From the NCBI GenBank assembly GCA_934096025.1, contig CAKOLP010000001.1, forward strand, positions 1 to 34,631: a stretch of 34,631 nt of DNA. Reading direction: 5' to 3'. Numbering within the stretch: the first letter of the stretch is position 1; each line of letters starts with the position of its first letter. Made by a program: the position numbers and the translations under genes. The notes beneath the pieces are model-generated. The model saw only the letters and a list, made by a program, of their open reading frames with translations, did not search any database and was not told where the DNA came from. Of the stretch, positions 25,468 to 33,152 are shown piece after piece. This stretch comes from an uncultured Bacilli bacterium. GTDB lineage: Bacteria > Bacillota_I > Bacilli_A > RF39 > UBA660.

Positions 25468-26400
25468 CTACATGTGGATTTTTTTTATGAGAAGATTTAT
25501 ATCATTTATTTTAACTTGAGATGAAGCCGCTTCACCAAGTATTCCTGCCATAACTTGTAGAGTTGTTTGTGTATCAAATTCGTGCATTACATTTTGGGAA
25601 AAATGCATTTGTGGAGTGGAACCCCCGGCTAGTTTAAAGGATAAATCCATTATTACTTTATTATTACTATATTTTAAATAAAATATCCCCCCATGAGTGG
25701 CATCTACTTCCTCGATAGCTCCAGAAAATGCTATTTCATACATTCCAGGCTGTACCACTATATCAGTGTTACTAGTTTGTTTGAAGTATTCAGAATCTAT
25801 TGGAATAATATTTATATCTTGAATACGGACATCTCCGGAAATATTTACTTCGGCATAACTAGCAAACAGTATTCCCTCGGTTGTACCTGTAGGCACTGGC
25901 CCCATTTCTCCGGGTTCGCCTTGCACCCCTTGGTCACCTTTTTCCCCTTTTGGTATATTTATTGTTAGGTTATGTGTAAGATTAATGAAGTCATCTTCGA
26001 CATATGCTTTTTCCCCAGGATTTAAAGTATTAGTATCTACTATATTAATTATTTCGCACTCACCGTCTTGCCCATTTGCTCCAGCTGGACCTGGCATGCC
26101 TTGATCTCCCTTATCGCCTTTTTCTCCGGGCATACCTTGGTCTCCTTTTATTGAACCTGTATCTTTCCAAATTCCGTCTTTTTCACTCCATATATATAAA
26201 TTAGAATTAACTAAGTATGCATCACCAGTTTTACCTAAAGGGTGATTTTCTATTAATTCATCTTCACTTTTATAATAATCAATTATGTTTATTCCCTCAC
26301 CTCGAGGGCCTGTTGGGCCAATAATTTGACAACATAAACCTAGATTAAGTAATTCTTGTCTTTTTTGTTGTAGTTTTTTTACTTCTTCACATTTACTCAT
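25468..26400 (-). CDS. Collagen-like protein with BclA-type architecture (two G-X-Y blocks + C-terminal globular domain)
   Basis: I prefer the ATG at 26400 (MSKCEEVKK..., GGAG 8 nt upstream) over the track start at 26439. The collagen blocks are GPTGPRGEG, GDQGMPGEKGDKGDQGMPGPAGANGQDG and GEKGDQGVQGEPGEMGP. Confidence 0.8.
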   Translation of the reverse strand: MSKCEEVKKLQQKRQELLNLGLCCQIIGPTGPRGEGINIIDYYKSEDELIENHPLGKTGDAYLVNSNLYIWSEKDGIWKDTGSIKGDQGMPGEKGDKGDQGMPGPAGANGQDGECEIINIVDTNTLNPGEKAYVEDDFINLTHNLTINIPKGEKGDQGVQGEPGEMGPVPTGTTEGILFASYAEVNISGDVRIQDINIIPIDSEYFKQTSNTDIVVQPGMYEIAFSGAIEEVDATHGGIFYLKYSNNKVIMDLSFKLAGGSTPQMHFSQNVMHEFDTQTTLQVMAGILGEAASSQVKINDINLLIKKIHM

Positions 26401-26559
26401 TAGATCAACTCCATATATTAAAATATGAAAAAAATACATTAAATGTTAAAAACATGGACAAGTATCATATACAAGTCCAAGTTTTGAGAATAAATTATAA
26501 GTGAAAGAAGTTATTAACTTCTTAAATTAACTCTTTATGAGAGAAAGGGATGAATATTA

Positions 26560-26820
26560 ATGAACAACATGTGTAAAGCTGAACAAAAAATTAATGCGTA
26601 TAATAAGGCTAACCCCAATGTTACATTTACTTGTTTTGGACCTACGGGACCTACAGGACCTGCTGGAGCTAGTATCCGTGTTGGTGTTACTACTACGACT
26701 AATCCAGGTACTAATGCCAGTGTTGTTAATGTTGGTACTCCGTCGAATGCTGTTTTAGACTTCTATATACCAGCTGGAGCTACGGGCGCCACTGGACCAA
26801 CCGGACCAACTGCTCGATAA
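26560..26820 (+). CDS. 5' segment of a split collagen-like (BclA-type) gene, truncated by the inserted element
   Basis: The ORF has an RBS and ATG, and contains [11 protein letters not shown] ... GATGATGPTGPTAR. It runs into a TAA supplied by the first bases of the inserted element. Confidence 0.8.
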   Translation: MNNMCKAEQKINAYNKANPNVTFTCFGPTGPTGPAGASIRVGVTTTTNPGTNASVVNVGTPSNAVLDFYIPAGATGATGPTGPTAR

Positions 26821-26830
26821 ATTAAATCAT
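26814..26830. repeat. Left terminal inverted repeat / attL core of the intervening element
   Basis: TCGATAAATTAAATCAT has the reverse complement ATGATTTAATTTATCGA. That matches 29710-29726 at 16 of 17 positions. Confidence 0.85.
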
Positions 26831-28845
26831 ATTATAAAATTCCATATAATTTTTATATTTCTAGTATTTGTTAATTCGTTATATTTTCCTACTATAATTT
26901 TTTCTACAAAAGTTTCAACTAATTCAACAGTTAGTTTATCAAAATTTTTATGTTCTTGAAAAATATTTGTTACTTCATTTTTCTGTTTAGTGATAACAGA
27001 TGTTATTTCATTTTGAATTATTCTTTGTTCAGTTTCCAATTTTTCATATTCTTCTTCATATTTTTTTAAAAGCACTTCAAATTCTTTTAAAGAAAGTATT
27101 TTATTTACACGGTCTAGGTATAAATTTTGAAAATAATTCTCTTTTAACTGCAAATGTTTATTAATATTTTCTAGCTCTTGCTCTAAGTAAGGCAACCTAT
27201 CACTCGAGAAATTATGGCTATTTTGTTCTTTACTTAGTTTATTTATTATTTCTTTATCATAGAATCTACTTAGCATATTGTTTATTTTTTCTAGTATGAA
27301 TTTTTGGAGTGTTTCTTCTTTAACAGACATTTTATTATCACAATTAGACCATTTTGTCTTTTTATCTTTACAACATAAATACCCTAGGCCACTAGAAGTG
27401 TTGCTTCCAGTTTTAATGAATAATTGATTACAATTTGCACAATATACTTTGTTACATAAAGGGTGTATTTTACCTTGGTTGCAGCTTCGAGTTCTATTCG
27501 ATAATCTAACCTGGACTTTATCCCATATGTTTTTGTCTATAATTTTTTCATGGGTATTTTCTTTTCTGATTCTTTTTTCAGCTCCATTTTTTATTAAAGT
27601 ATGGTTTTTATAACTCACTGTAGTTGTTTTAAATTGCACCATATTGCCTGTGTATACTTCATCTGTAAGTATTTTCCTAATAGTGGAACTAGACCATTTA
27701 AATTTTTTTCTTATATTATATGTAAAGTATGAGTTAGTCAATTGTTGATAAGCTTTATTAGCAATATTTATAAAGAGCTTTTTATGTTCTTTATTTTCTT
27801 TTAATTTTATTTCTAGTTGGTAATTAAGAAAATGGGTTCTATCAAGATTTTTAGTATAAGAAATAATTGCTTTAGTATGTTTAGGCAATGTTTCATTTTC
27901 ACTAATGCTTACACAATCTTTTATATTTAGGTTGTCCAATGTTATGTTTTCTTTTGTACTATAATATATTTGGGTTTTATTTGTTTTTCTTAAAATAATA
28001 TCACATTTACTAAATATGCTTGATAAATCTATAAGACTAACTAAATCCTTTAAGATTGCTGGTTCTTTATTAGTAAAATTTATATCTACTATGTAAGTTC
28101 CTGATTGTACAATATAACTATAATTTAAATAATTTTTTAAAACCGGTAACTTAAGTTTACTCCCTTGCATCAACTTATATTCGTATGGACTTAGTATATT
28201 ATCTTTATTCAAATTCTGGGCTATTTGGTCTAGACCTATACCCGATAAATACTCATTATATATTCTTTTAATAATTAAAGAGGGAAAAACATCAATAATT
28301 AAATGATTTTTATTTTCTGGGTCTTTTTTGTATCCATAAGTAGCAAAACTTGATGTTAGCTTTCCCTCTTTTCTTTTAGCCTTTAGTGTTTCGCGAATAT
28401 TTAGTGATGTATCTTCTAGGTACCATTCATCTGTTAAACTAAGAATTTGACTTGTTTTTTTAGTTTCTTTTTTAGTATTATCTATTTTATCCACGACTGT
28501 TATAAAGCGAACTTGCCATTCATGAAACAAATTATGAACATATTTTTCCACTAGTTCCATGTCTCTGGCAAACCTTGCTTGTGTTTTGCATAAAACTATA
28601 TCAATATTTCCGTTTTGACATTCCCTTATCATTTTGTTAAAATCTGGTCTTGAAATGTCTGAACCTGACCAATCTTCATCATTATAAACTTTTATTACAT
28701 TGAATCCTTGTTCTAAAGCATAATTACGTAACATTATTTCTTGATTTTTAATGCTTTCGGATAATTCTTCTTTAGATAATTTGTTCTTGTCTTCATCTGA
28801 TAATCGTAAATATAAAGCTGTTTTATTTCTATATTTAGTCGTCAT
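26827..28845 (-). CDS. Large serine recombinase (resolvase/invertase N-domain + recombinase domain + zinc ribbon + coiled coil)
   Basis: The catalytic region is ALYLRLSDEDK, with LCKTQARFARD downstream. The recombinase domain includes YGYKKDPEN...RIYNEYLSGIGLDQIAQNLN. Cys clusters are CNKVYCANC...CCKDKKTKWSNC. The C-terminus is a long coiled coil. Confidence 0.92.
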   Translation of the reverse strand: MTTKYRNKTALYLRLSDEDKNKLSKEELSESIKNQEIMLRNYALEQGFNVIKVYNDEDWSGSDISRPDFNKMIRECQNGNIDIVLCKTQARFARDMELVEKYVHNLFHEWQVRFITVVDKIDNTKKETKKTSQILSLTDEWYLEDTSLNIRETLKAKRKEGKLTSSFATYGYKKDPENKNHLIIDVFPSLIIKRIYNEYLSGIGLDQIAQNLNKDNILSPYEYKLMQGSKLKLPVLKNYLNYSYIVQSGTYIVDINFTNKEPAILKDLVSLIDLSSIFSKCDIILRKTNKTQIYYSTKENITLDNLNIKDCVSISENETLPKHTKAIISYTKNLDRTHFLNYQLEIKLKENKEHKKLFINIANKAYQQLTNSYFTYNIRKKFKWSSSTIRKILTDEVYTGNMVQFKTTTVSYKNHTLIKNGAEKRIRKENTHEKIIDKNIWDKVQVRLSNRTRSCNQGKIHPLCNKVYCANCNQLFIKTGSNTSSGLGYLCCKDKKTKWSNCDNKMSVKEETLQKFILEKINNMLSRFYDKEIINKLSKEQNSHNFSSDRLPYLEQELENINKHLQLKENYFQNLYLDRVNKILSLKEFEVLLKKYEEEYEKLETEQRIIQNEITSVITKQKNEVTNIFQEHKNFDKLTVELVETFVEKIIVGKYNELTNTRNIKIIWNFII

Positions 28846-28978
28846 ATGATTGCCCCGTTTTATTGTTAATACTATTTATATATTTAAAATACTTTTTATT
28901 AAATATAAGTTTTAAATTATCTATGTTATTATTTGTTTTATATTCTTCGGTGTAATTAAATTTTATTTCTTTTTTCAA
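28835..28978 (-). CDS. Possible 47-aa upstream ORF overlapping the recombinase start
   Basis: This is hand-translated: a TTG start is preceded by AAAGGTGA. The ORF reads (M)KKEIKFNYTEEYKTNNNIDNLKLIFNKKYFKYINSINNKTGQSYDD. Its stop overlaps the recombinase ATG region (TATGACGACTAA). It falls below the track threshold. Confidence 0.25.
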   Translation of the reverse strand: MKKEIKFNYTEEYKTNNNIDNLKLIFNKKYFKYINSINNKTGQSYDD

Positions 28979-29287
28979 AATAATCACCTTTACTAATTTA
29001 ATTTATGAATTGTTATTTTGTTTGGAACTAGCAAAGCTAATTATTTAAAATTTATTTTTGTTAAAAAAATTATATTTAGTTTTAAAATTGACTTATAACA
29101 TAAAATTTAATATATTAGTAATACATTTATATTTTTTATGCATAAACGTTAACTTTCGAGTGACGTTAGGAATAATATACTTGATTGTAATTATTCGAAA
29201 TACTTTATATTAAGTAATTTTTATGTATAAGAATTCTAAAAATAAAAAATATTTTAATTAAATTTCAAAAAGAAAGCTGGGATAAAT

Positions 29288-29710
29288 ATGTTTAAGATTG
29301 CAAAACTACAAAATGTAAATAATGAAAAAGTTAATATCAATACTTGTGGAATAACTGAAATTAAATTTGAAAATGGAAAAAAAGCATATTCTAATGATTA
29401 TAAAGCTTTAAGTTTTCAAGTTAATGGAGATAATTATTCTTTTGAATTTACATTAAATTGTAAACTTGAAGAACTATTAAAAATACCGGAGGATACCCCG
29501 ATAGATTTTAAGGATTACATGACTTCAAGTGAGCTAACGGTTCAAGAAGAATTATATTTTCCCCAAATAGACGCAACAGCTACTCGGTATTTAAAAACGA
29601 AGTTTAGTATTTTTGTAGCATTTTATATTGATCATTGTTTTGATGTTGACGATATTTATAGCGGTATGATTGAATTTAGCTTTAATTTGGCTGATTATTT
29701 AGAAGATTAA
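29288..29710 (+). CDS. Hypothetical 140-aa acidic protein, only non-recombinase cargo of the element
   Basis: The ORF has an RBS (AAAGCTGGGATAAAT-ATG). Its stop abuts the right inverted repeat. I recognised no motif. Confidence 0.65.
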   Translation: MFKIAKLQNVNNEKVNINTCGITEIKFENGKKAYSNDYKALSFQVNGDNYSFEFTLNCKLEELLKIPEDTPIDFKDYMTSSELTVQEELYFPQIDATATRYLKTKFSIFVAFYIDHCFDVDDIYSGMIEFSFNLADYLED

Positions 29711-29726
29711 TGATTTATTTTATCGA
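29710..29726. repeat. Right terminal inverted repeat / attR core of the intervening element
   Basis: ATGATTTATTTTATCGA pairs with 26814-26830. Confidence 0.85.
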
Positions 29727-30323
29727 GGAACTGGACCTACTGGTCCTACAGGGGCTCAGGGGGCTCAAGGAACAGCTGGGGTACAAGGGCCTCAAGGATT
29801 AGCAGGGCCTACTGGGCCAACGGGACCTACCGGCCCTACTGGGCCAGCAGGACCAGCAGGACCAGCCGGTGCACAAGGGGAACAAGGAGAAGAAGGAACT
29901 CCAGCTATAACAGCGTATTCATATAAATATGAAAATGGAACAGAAGACTATACCTTAACACAAAATACAGCAACTCAAGTGTTATTAAGTGAAGTTGGTT
30001 CAAATAGTAATGTTAATAATGCAGGAACTAATACTTTTACAATTACTACTCCTGGGGTTTACAAAATAGATTATTTCTTCTTAGGGTCTTCCTCAGTGCA
30101 AACTAATTTAACTTTATCAGTTAGACAAAATAACACTGCTATTACGGGTTCAGAGATTGAAAAAGAAGTACAGGCTAGTACTGAAGAAAGTATCAATGGC
30201 TCTGTAGTTGCTAGTTTATCAAATAATGATACTATTGATTTGGCTATATCTTCCACTACTAATGCTACGGTAACACCTGGCGATGATACAAATGCCTATA
30301 TGGTTTTACTAAGAATTGGATAA
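29727..30323 (+). CDS. 3' segment of the split collagen-like gene (G-X-Y repeats + C-terminal globular domain), no start of its own
   Basis: The frame is open from 29703 and reads [57 protein letters not shown], then a beta-rich domain. It is in the same frame as track ORF 29979-30323. No ATG or RBS precedes the repeats. Confidence 0.8.
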   Translation, partial: GTGPTGPTGAQGAQGTAGVQGPQGLAGPTGPTGPTGPTGPAGPAGPAGAQGEQGEEGTPAITAYSYKYENGTEDYTLTQNTATQVLLSEVGSNSNVNNAGTNTFTITTPGVYKIDYFFLGSSSVQTNLTLSVRQNNTAITGSEIEKEVQASTEESINGSVVASLSNNDTIDLAISSTTNATVTPGDDTNAYMVLLRIG

Positions 30324-30484
30324 CTTTAATTTTTACTTACTTTAAACATTGATAAATTTTATAATCTAACATTTCCTTACTTGTAATTTTACAAAAGCTT
30401 TCTTTCTAAACTTTTATGAAGAAAATGATTCTTAAAAAAATTGTTTTCTTCAATTCATTTAAAAAAGCTAAAGAATAACCTTAG

Positions 30485-31147
30485 CTATTTAATTTCCCAA
30501 TTTATTGGTGTCTGCCCACTATTAATTAAAAATTCATTACACTGTGAAAACGGTTTACTACCAAAAAAGCCTCGGCTTGCTGATAAAGGTGATGGGTGTG
30601 CACTTGTTATAATCAAGTGTTTAGGACTCGTAATTAGTTTACTTTTTTCTTTAGCAAAGTTGCCCCATAAAATAAAAACTACTGGGGTATCTTTTTTGTT
30701 TAATTCTTTTATTATATTATCAGTTAGTATTTCCCAACCTAAATCTTTATGACTTGCTGGTCTATCTTTTTCAACTGTTAATACTGTATTTAAAAGAAGT
30801 ACACCCTCTTTAGCCCAGCAAGTTAAATCACCATTATTACAGGTAGCTATATGTAAATCTGTCGTTAATTCTTTAAAAATGTTTTTTAAAGAGGGAGGTA
30901 ATTTTTCTTTCTGAGGTACAGAGAATGATAAACCATTGGCTTGATTTTCTCCGTGATATGGGTCTTGGCCAACAATTACTACTTTAGTGTTTGCATAAGA
31001 AGTAAGCTTTAAAGCATTAAATATGTTTTCTTTACTTGGATATATAGTCTTATTCTCATATTCTTGTAAAATATGAGAATAAAACTTTTGAAACTTTATA
31101 TCGCTCCATACATTGCTTAAATGATTATCCCAGTCATTATTAATCAT
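30485..31147 (-). CDS. ung: Uracil-DNA glycosylase (family 1)
   Basis: Family-1 motifs VVIVGQDPYHGENQANGLSFSV and HPSPLSA are present. Confidence 0.95.
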   Translation of the reverse strand: MINNDWDNHLSNVWSDIKFQKFYSHILQEYENKTIYPSKENIFNALKLTSYANTKVVIVGQDPYHGENQANGLSFSVPQKEKLPPSLKNIFKELTTDLHIATCNNGDLTCWAKEGVLLLNTVLTVEKDRPASHKDLGWEILTDNIIKELNKKDTPVVFILWGNFAKEKSKLITSPKHLIITSAHPSPLSASRGFFGSKPFSQCNEFLINSGQTPINWEIK

Positions 31148-31946
31148 TTAAGGCCTCTTTGCAAGCATGAATTGCTTCGTTTAAGGTATTTGCCTTGATT
31201 AAGAATCTACTTGTATGGCAAAAACTTAAGTATGGAGGAAGTTTTTCTACCCAACTAATAGGAAAAGGTTTCTTTAATTTCACAGTTCCAGCACTAATAG
31301 GTACACCTTTTGCAGCGTATCCGCCCCGATTTGAGGGATAAATAACGTATATTGCTTCAGTTGCTGGAAGAAAGTCTTCAGTATAAAGATACTCATCTAA
31401 TATTATTATCCTTTTATCCGGAGCTTCACTATAGTATTTTTTTACTAATTCCGTATCTTTTAAATGTTGTTCTTCTCTGGATATAATGTTTTTTAAAATT
31501 ATCTTAGCAAATTTTACTGCCTCCTTGAACTCTTGATCAGCACTACTCTCATCTTTTAAAGGATTAAATAGGCTAATGGCAAAAGCTAAAGCATTATAAG
31601 AACCAGTATTATCAGATAAGTCTAAATCTTCGATTAGCTTTTTTTCAACATTTGTAACAATTTGTTCATCATATAACTCGGGTGCATAATATTTCCATAA
31701 CTTACCAAAGGAAGCATAAGGGATTCCATTCGGTCTTTTTTCATTGTCTTTCATATGGTGGTCAAATCTTCCCATGCCAATATCAAAAACTATGCCACTA
31801 AAATCATCAGGGACAACATTGCTCCTTATTATTTCCATTTCAGGATTTATTAGTTGTAAAAATGCTGCAGAAAAAACATCATCGGAATGAAATTTACTGC
31901 CGTGTGTTAAAGCTTTTTTACAGGTTTTTACTTCATCAATTTTCAT
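31140..31946 (-). CDS. MYG1 / UPF0160 family metal-dependent hydrolase
   Basis: The motifs THGSKFHSDDVFSAAFL and FDHH are present. I prefer the ATG at 31946 (GAGGT upstream) over the track start at 31973, which would overlap rlmH. Confidence 0.75.
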   Translation of the reverse strand: MKIDEVKTCKKALTHGSKFHSDDVFSAAFLQLINPEMEIIRSNVVPDDFSGIVFDIGMGRFDHHMKDNEKRPNGIPYASFGKLWKYYAPELYDEQIVTNVEKKLIEDLDLSDNTGSYNALAFAISLFNPLKDESSADQEFKEAVKFAKIILKNIISREEQHLKDTELVKKYYSEAPDKRIIILDEYLYTEDFLPATEAIYVIYPSNRGGYAAKGVPISAGTVKLKKPFPISWVEKLPPYLSFCHTSRFLIKANTLNEAIHACKEALND

Positions 31947-31953
31947 TACTACC

Positions 31954-32391
31954 TCACTTATGATATGTTTCATTATTAATAATTTTAAAACTACGATATA
32001 TTTGTTCTAACAAAATTCCTCTAAATAATCCATGTGGAAAAGTCATCTTTGAAAAGCTAATTAATTCTTGACAAGTATTTCTTATTTCGTCATTTAGCCC
32101 ATTTGACCCACCGATTATAAAAGTAATATTTCCATATTTCATTAGATAATTATCTATTTTTTGGGCAAATTCCGTACTTGTAAAACTTTTTTTGTTTAAA
32201 TCTAAACCTATGTTATAGTCTTTTGTATTGATATTTTTGATTAAGGTTTCTATTTCTTTTTGATAGTTAACATTATCTTTTAATTCTATTATTTCTATTT
32301 TGTGATATTTATTAATCCTTTTTTGATAATCATTAATTAGCTCAGTTAAATAAGGTTCTTTTATCTTTCCTACACATAATATTTTTATCAT
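31954..32391 (-). CDS. rlmH: 23S rRNA (pseudouridine1915-N3)-methyltransferase RlmH (SPOUT)
   Basis: The protein is 145 aa. It contains the motifs FIIGGSNGL and SFSKMTFPHGLFRGILLEQIYRSF. Confidence 0.9.
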   Translation of the reverse strand: MIKILCVGKIKEPYLTELINDYQKRINKYHKIEIIELKDNVNYQKEIETLIKNINTKDYNIGLDLNKKSFTSTEFAQKIDNYLMKYGNITFIIGGSNGLNDEIRNTCQELISFSKMTFPHGLFRGILLEQIYRSFKIINNETYHK

Positions 32392-33152
32392 ATTTCAATT
32401 ACTTCCGTTTTCTCATCTTGTCTAGCACAAATTATATTATCAAAAGAAATAGCATATTCTTTAAAAGTGTTGTTAATTGTTGATAATGCTAATTCTTCCT
32501 TGTTATTTGTTTCACTTAAATGAATTAAAACAATCTTTTTTGTATTTGCTCCGATTAACTTAGTAAGATAAAATGAAGCCGATTTATTAGATAAGTGACC
32601 CTCATCAGATAGAACTCTTTTTTTTAGCCAAGCTGGATATGGGCCGTGCATAAGCATTTCAATATCATGATTACTTTCAAATAAATATAAGTCTAGGTTT
32701 TTTAAATATTTAAAATTCTTTTGATTTATATAGCCCGTGTCTGTTACATAGGCTAGACTTTTTCCAGCATAACTTATAACAAAATTCCTTGAATCCGGAG
32801 CATCATGGCTGGATTTAAAGGATCTGATTTTTATGTCATTTAACTCTATTTCATCTTCTAAAACATAGATATGTTTATAATCATTTATATTTTCTAAGGA
32901 AGCAAATAACTTTTCACTTACTATTAAAGCGGCGTTTGTTTTATTCAAAAATGTTTTTAAACCCGCGATATGGTCACTATGATTATGACTAATTAAACAG
33001 TAGTCAATAGTTTTAATATCAACACCGATATCTTTTAGACTTTCACTAATGTATTTATAGTTTCTTCCAACATCAATTAAAAATCTTTTGTTATTTATTT
33101 CTAAGTAAGTGGAATTACCTTTAGAACCACTTGATAATACTACTGCTTTCAT
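32388..33152 (-). CDS. Metallo-beta-lactamase fold hydrolase (YycJ/WalJ-like)
   Basis: The sequence contains VLSSGSKGNSTYLE and the metal-binding motif SHNHSDHIAG. It has the conserved position next to rlmH. Confidence 0.85.
   Translation of the reverse strand: MKAVVLSSGSKGNSTYLEINNKRFLIDVGRNYKYISESLKDIGVDIKTIDYCLISHNHSDHIAGLKTFLNKTNAALIVSEKLFASLENINDYKHIYVLEDEIELNDIKIRSFKSSHDAPDSRNFVISYAGKSLAYVTDTGYINQKNFKYLKNLDLYLFESNHDIEMLMHGPYPAWLKKRVLSDEGHLSNKSASFYLTKLIGANTKKIVLIHLSETNNKEELALSTINNTFKEYAISFDNIICARQDEKTEVIEI

Larger units (their letters stand above)
26818..29726. mobile_element. Compact (2,909 bp) serine-recombinase intervening element interrupting a collagen-like gene
   Basis: The element is bounded by 17-bp inverted repeats sharing a TCGA core. 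The flanks join in frame. It contains only a large serine recombinase, a divergent 140-aa ORF and a 442-bp AT-rich spacer. Confidence 0.8.

Noticed and set aside
24234-26439. The collagen-like genes might be prophage tail fibres.
   Set aside because: There are no capsid, portal, terminase, tape-measure, holin or lysin genes anywhere in the window. The neighbours are LemA, anchored unknowns and Fem genes. A phage origin of the family cannot be fully excluded without searches.
26440-26559. A sporulation-type promoter might lie upstream of the split collagen gene (CATATACAA at about 26476-26484).
   Set aside because: The sequence does not fit CATAnnnTA (sigma-K) or CATACAnT (sigma-E) exactly. 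It lies about 80 nt from the start and has no suitably spaced -35, so I left it uncalled.
29146-29168. A direct ACGTTA hexamer repeat spaced 17 bp apart in the cassette control region, as a possible operator.
   Set aside because: Two hexamers in 442 bp could easily arise by chance, and there is no supporting symmetry or conservation information.
9041-29726. The serine recombinase might be the integrase of a large ICE that includes the T4SS operon.
   Set aside because: Both junctions of the recombinase element are identifiable only 2.9 kb apart: 17-bp inverted repeats, a shared TCGA, and an in-frame join of the flanking collagen gene. The recombinase therefore belongs to the small cassette. 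The T4SS lies 6.6 kb away, outside it.
30461-30490. A possible bidirectional terminator (AGCTAA...TTAGCT) between the collagen gene and ung.
   Set aside because: The stem is only 6 bp with a 9-nt loop. It overlaps the ung stop codon and has poor T-tracts, which is too weak to report as a feature.
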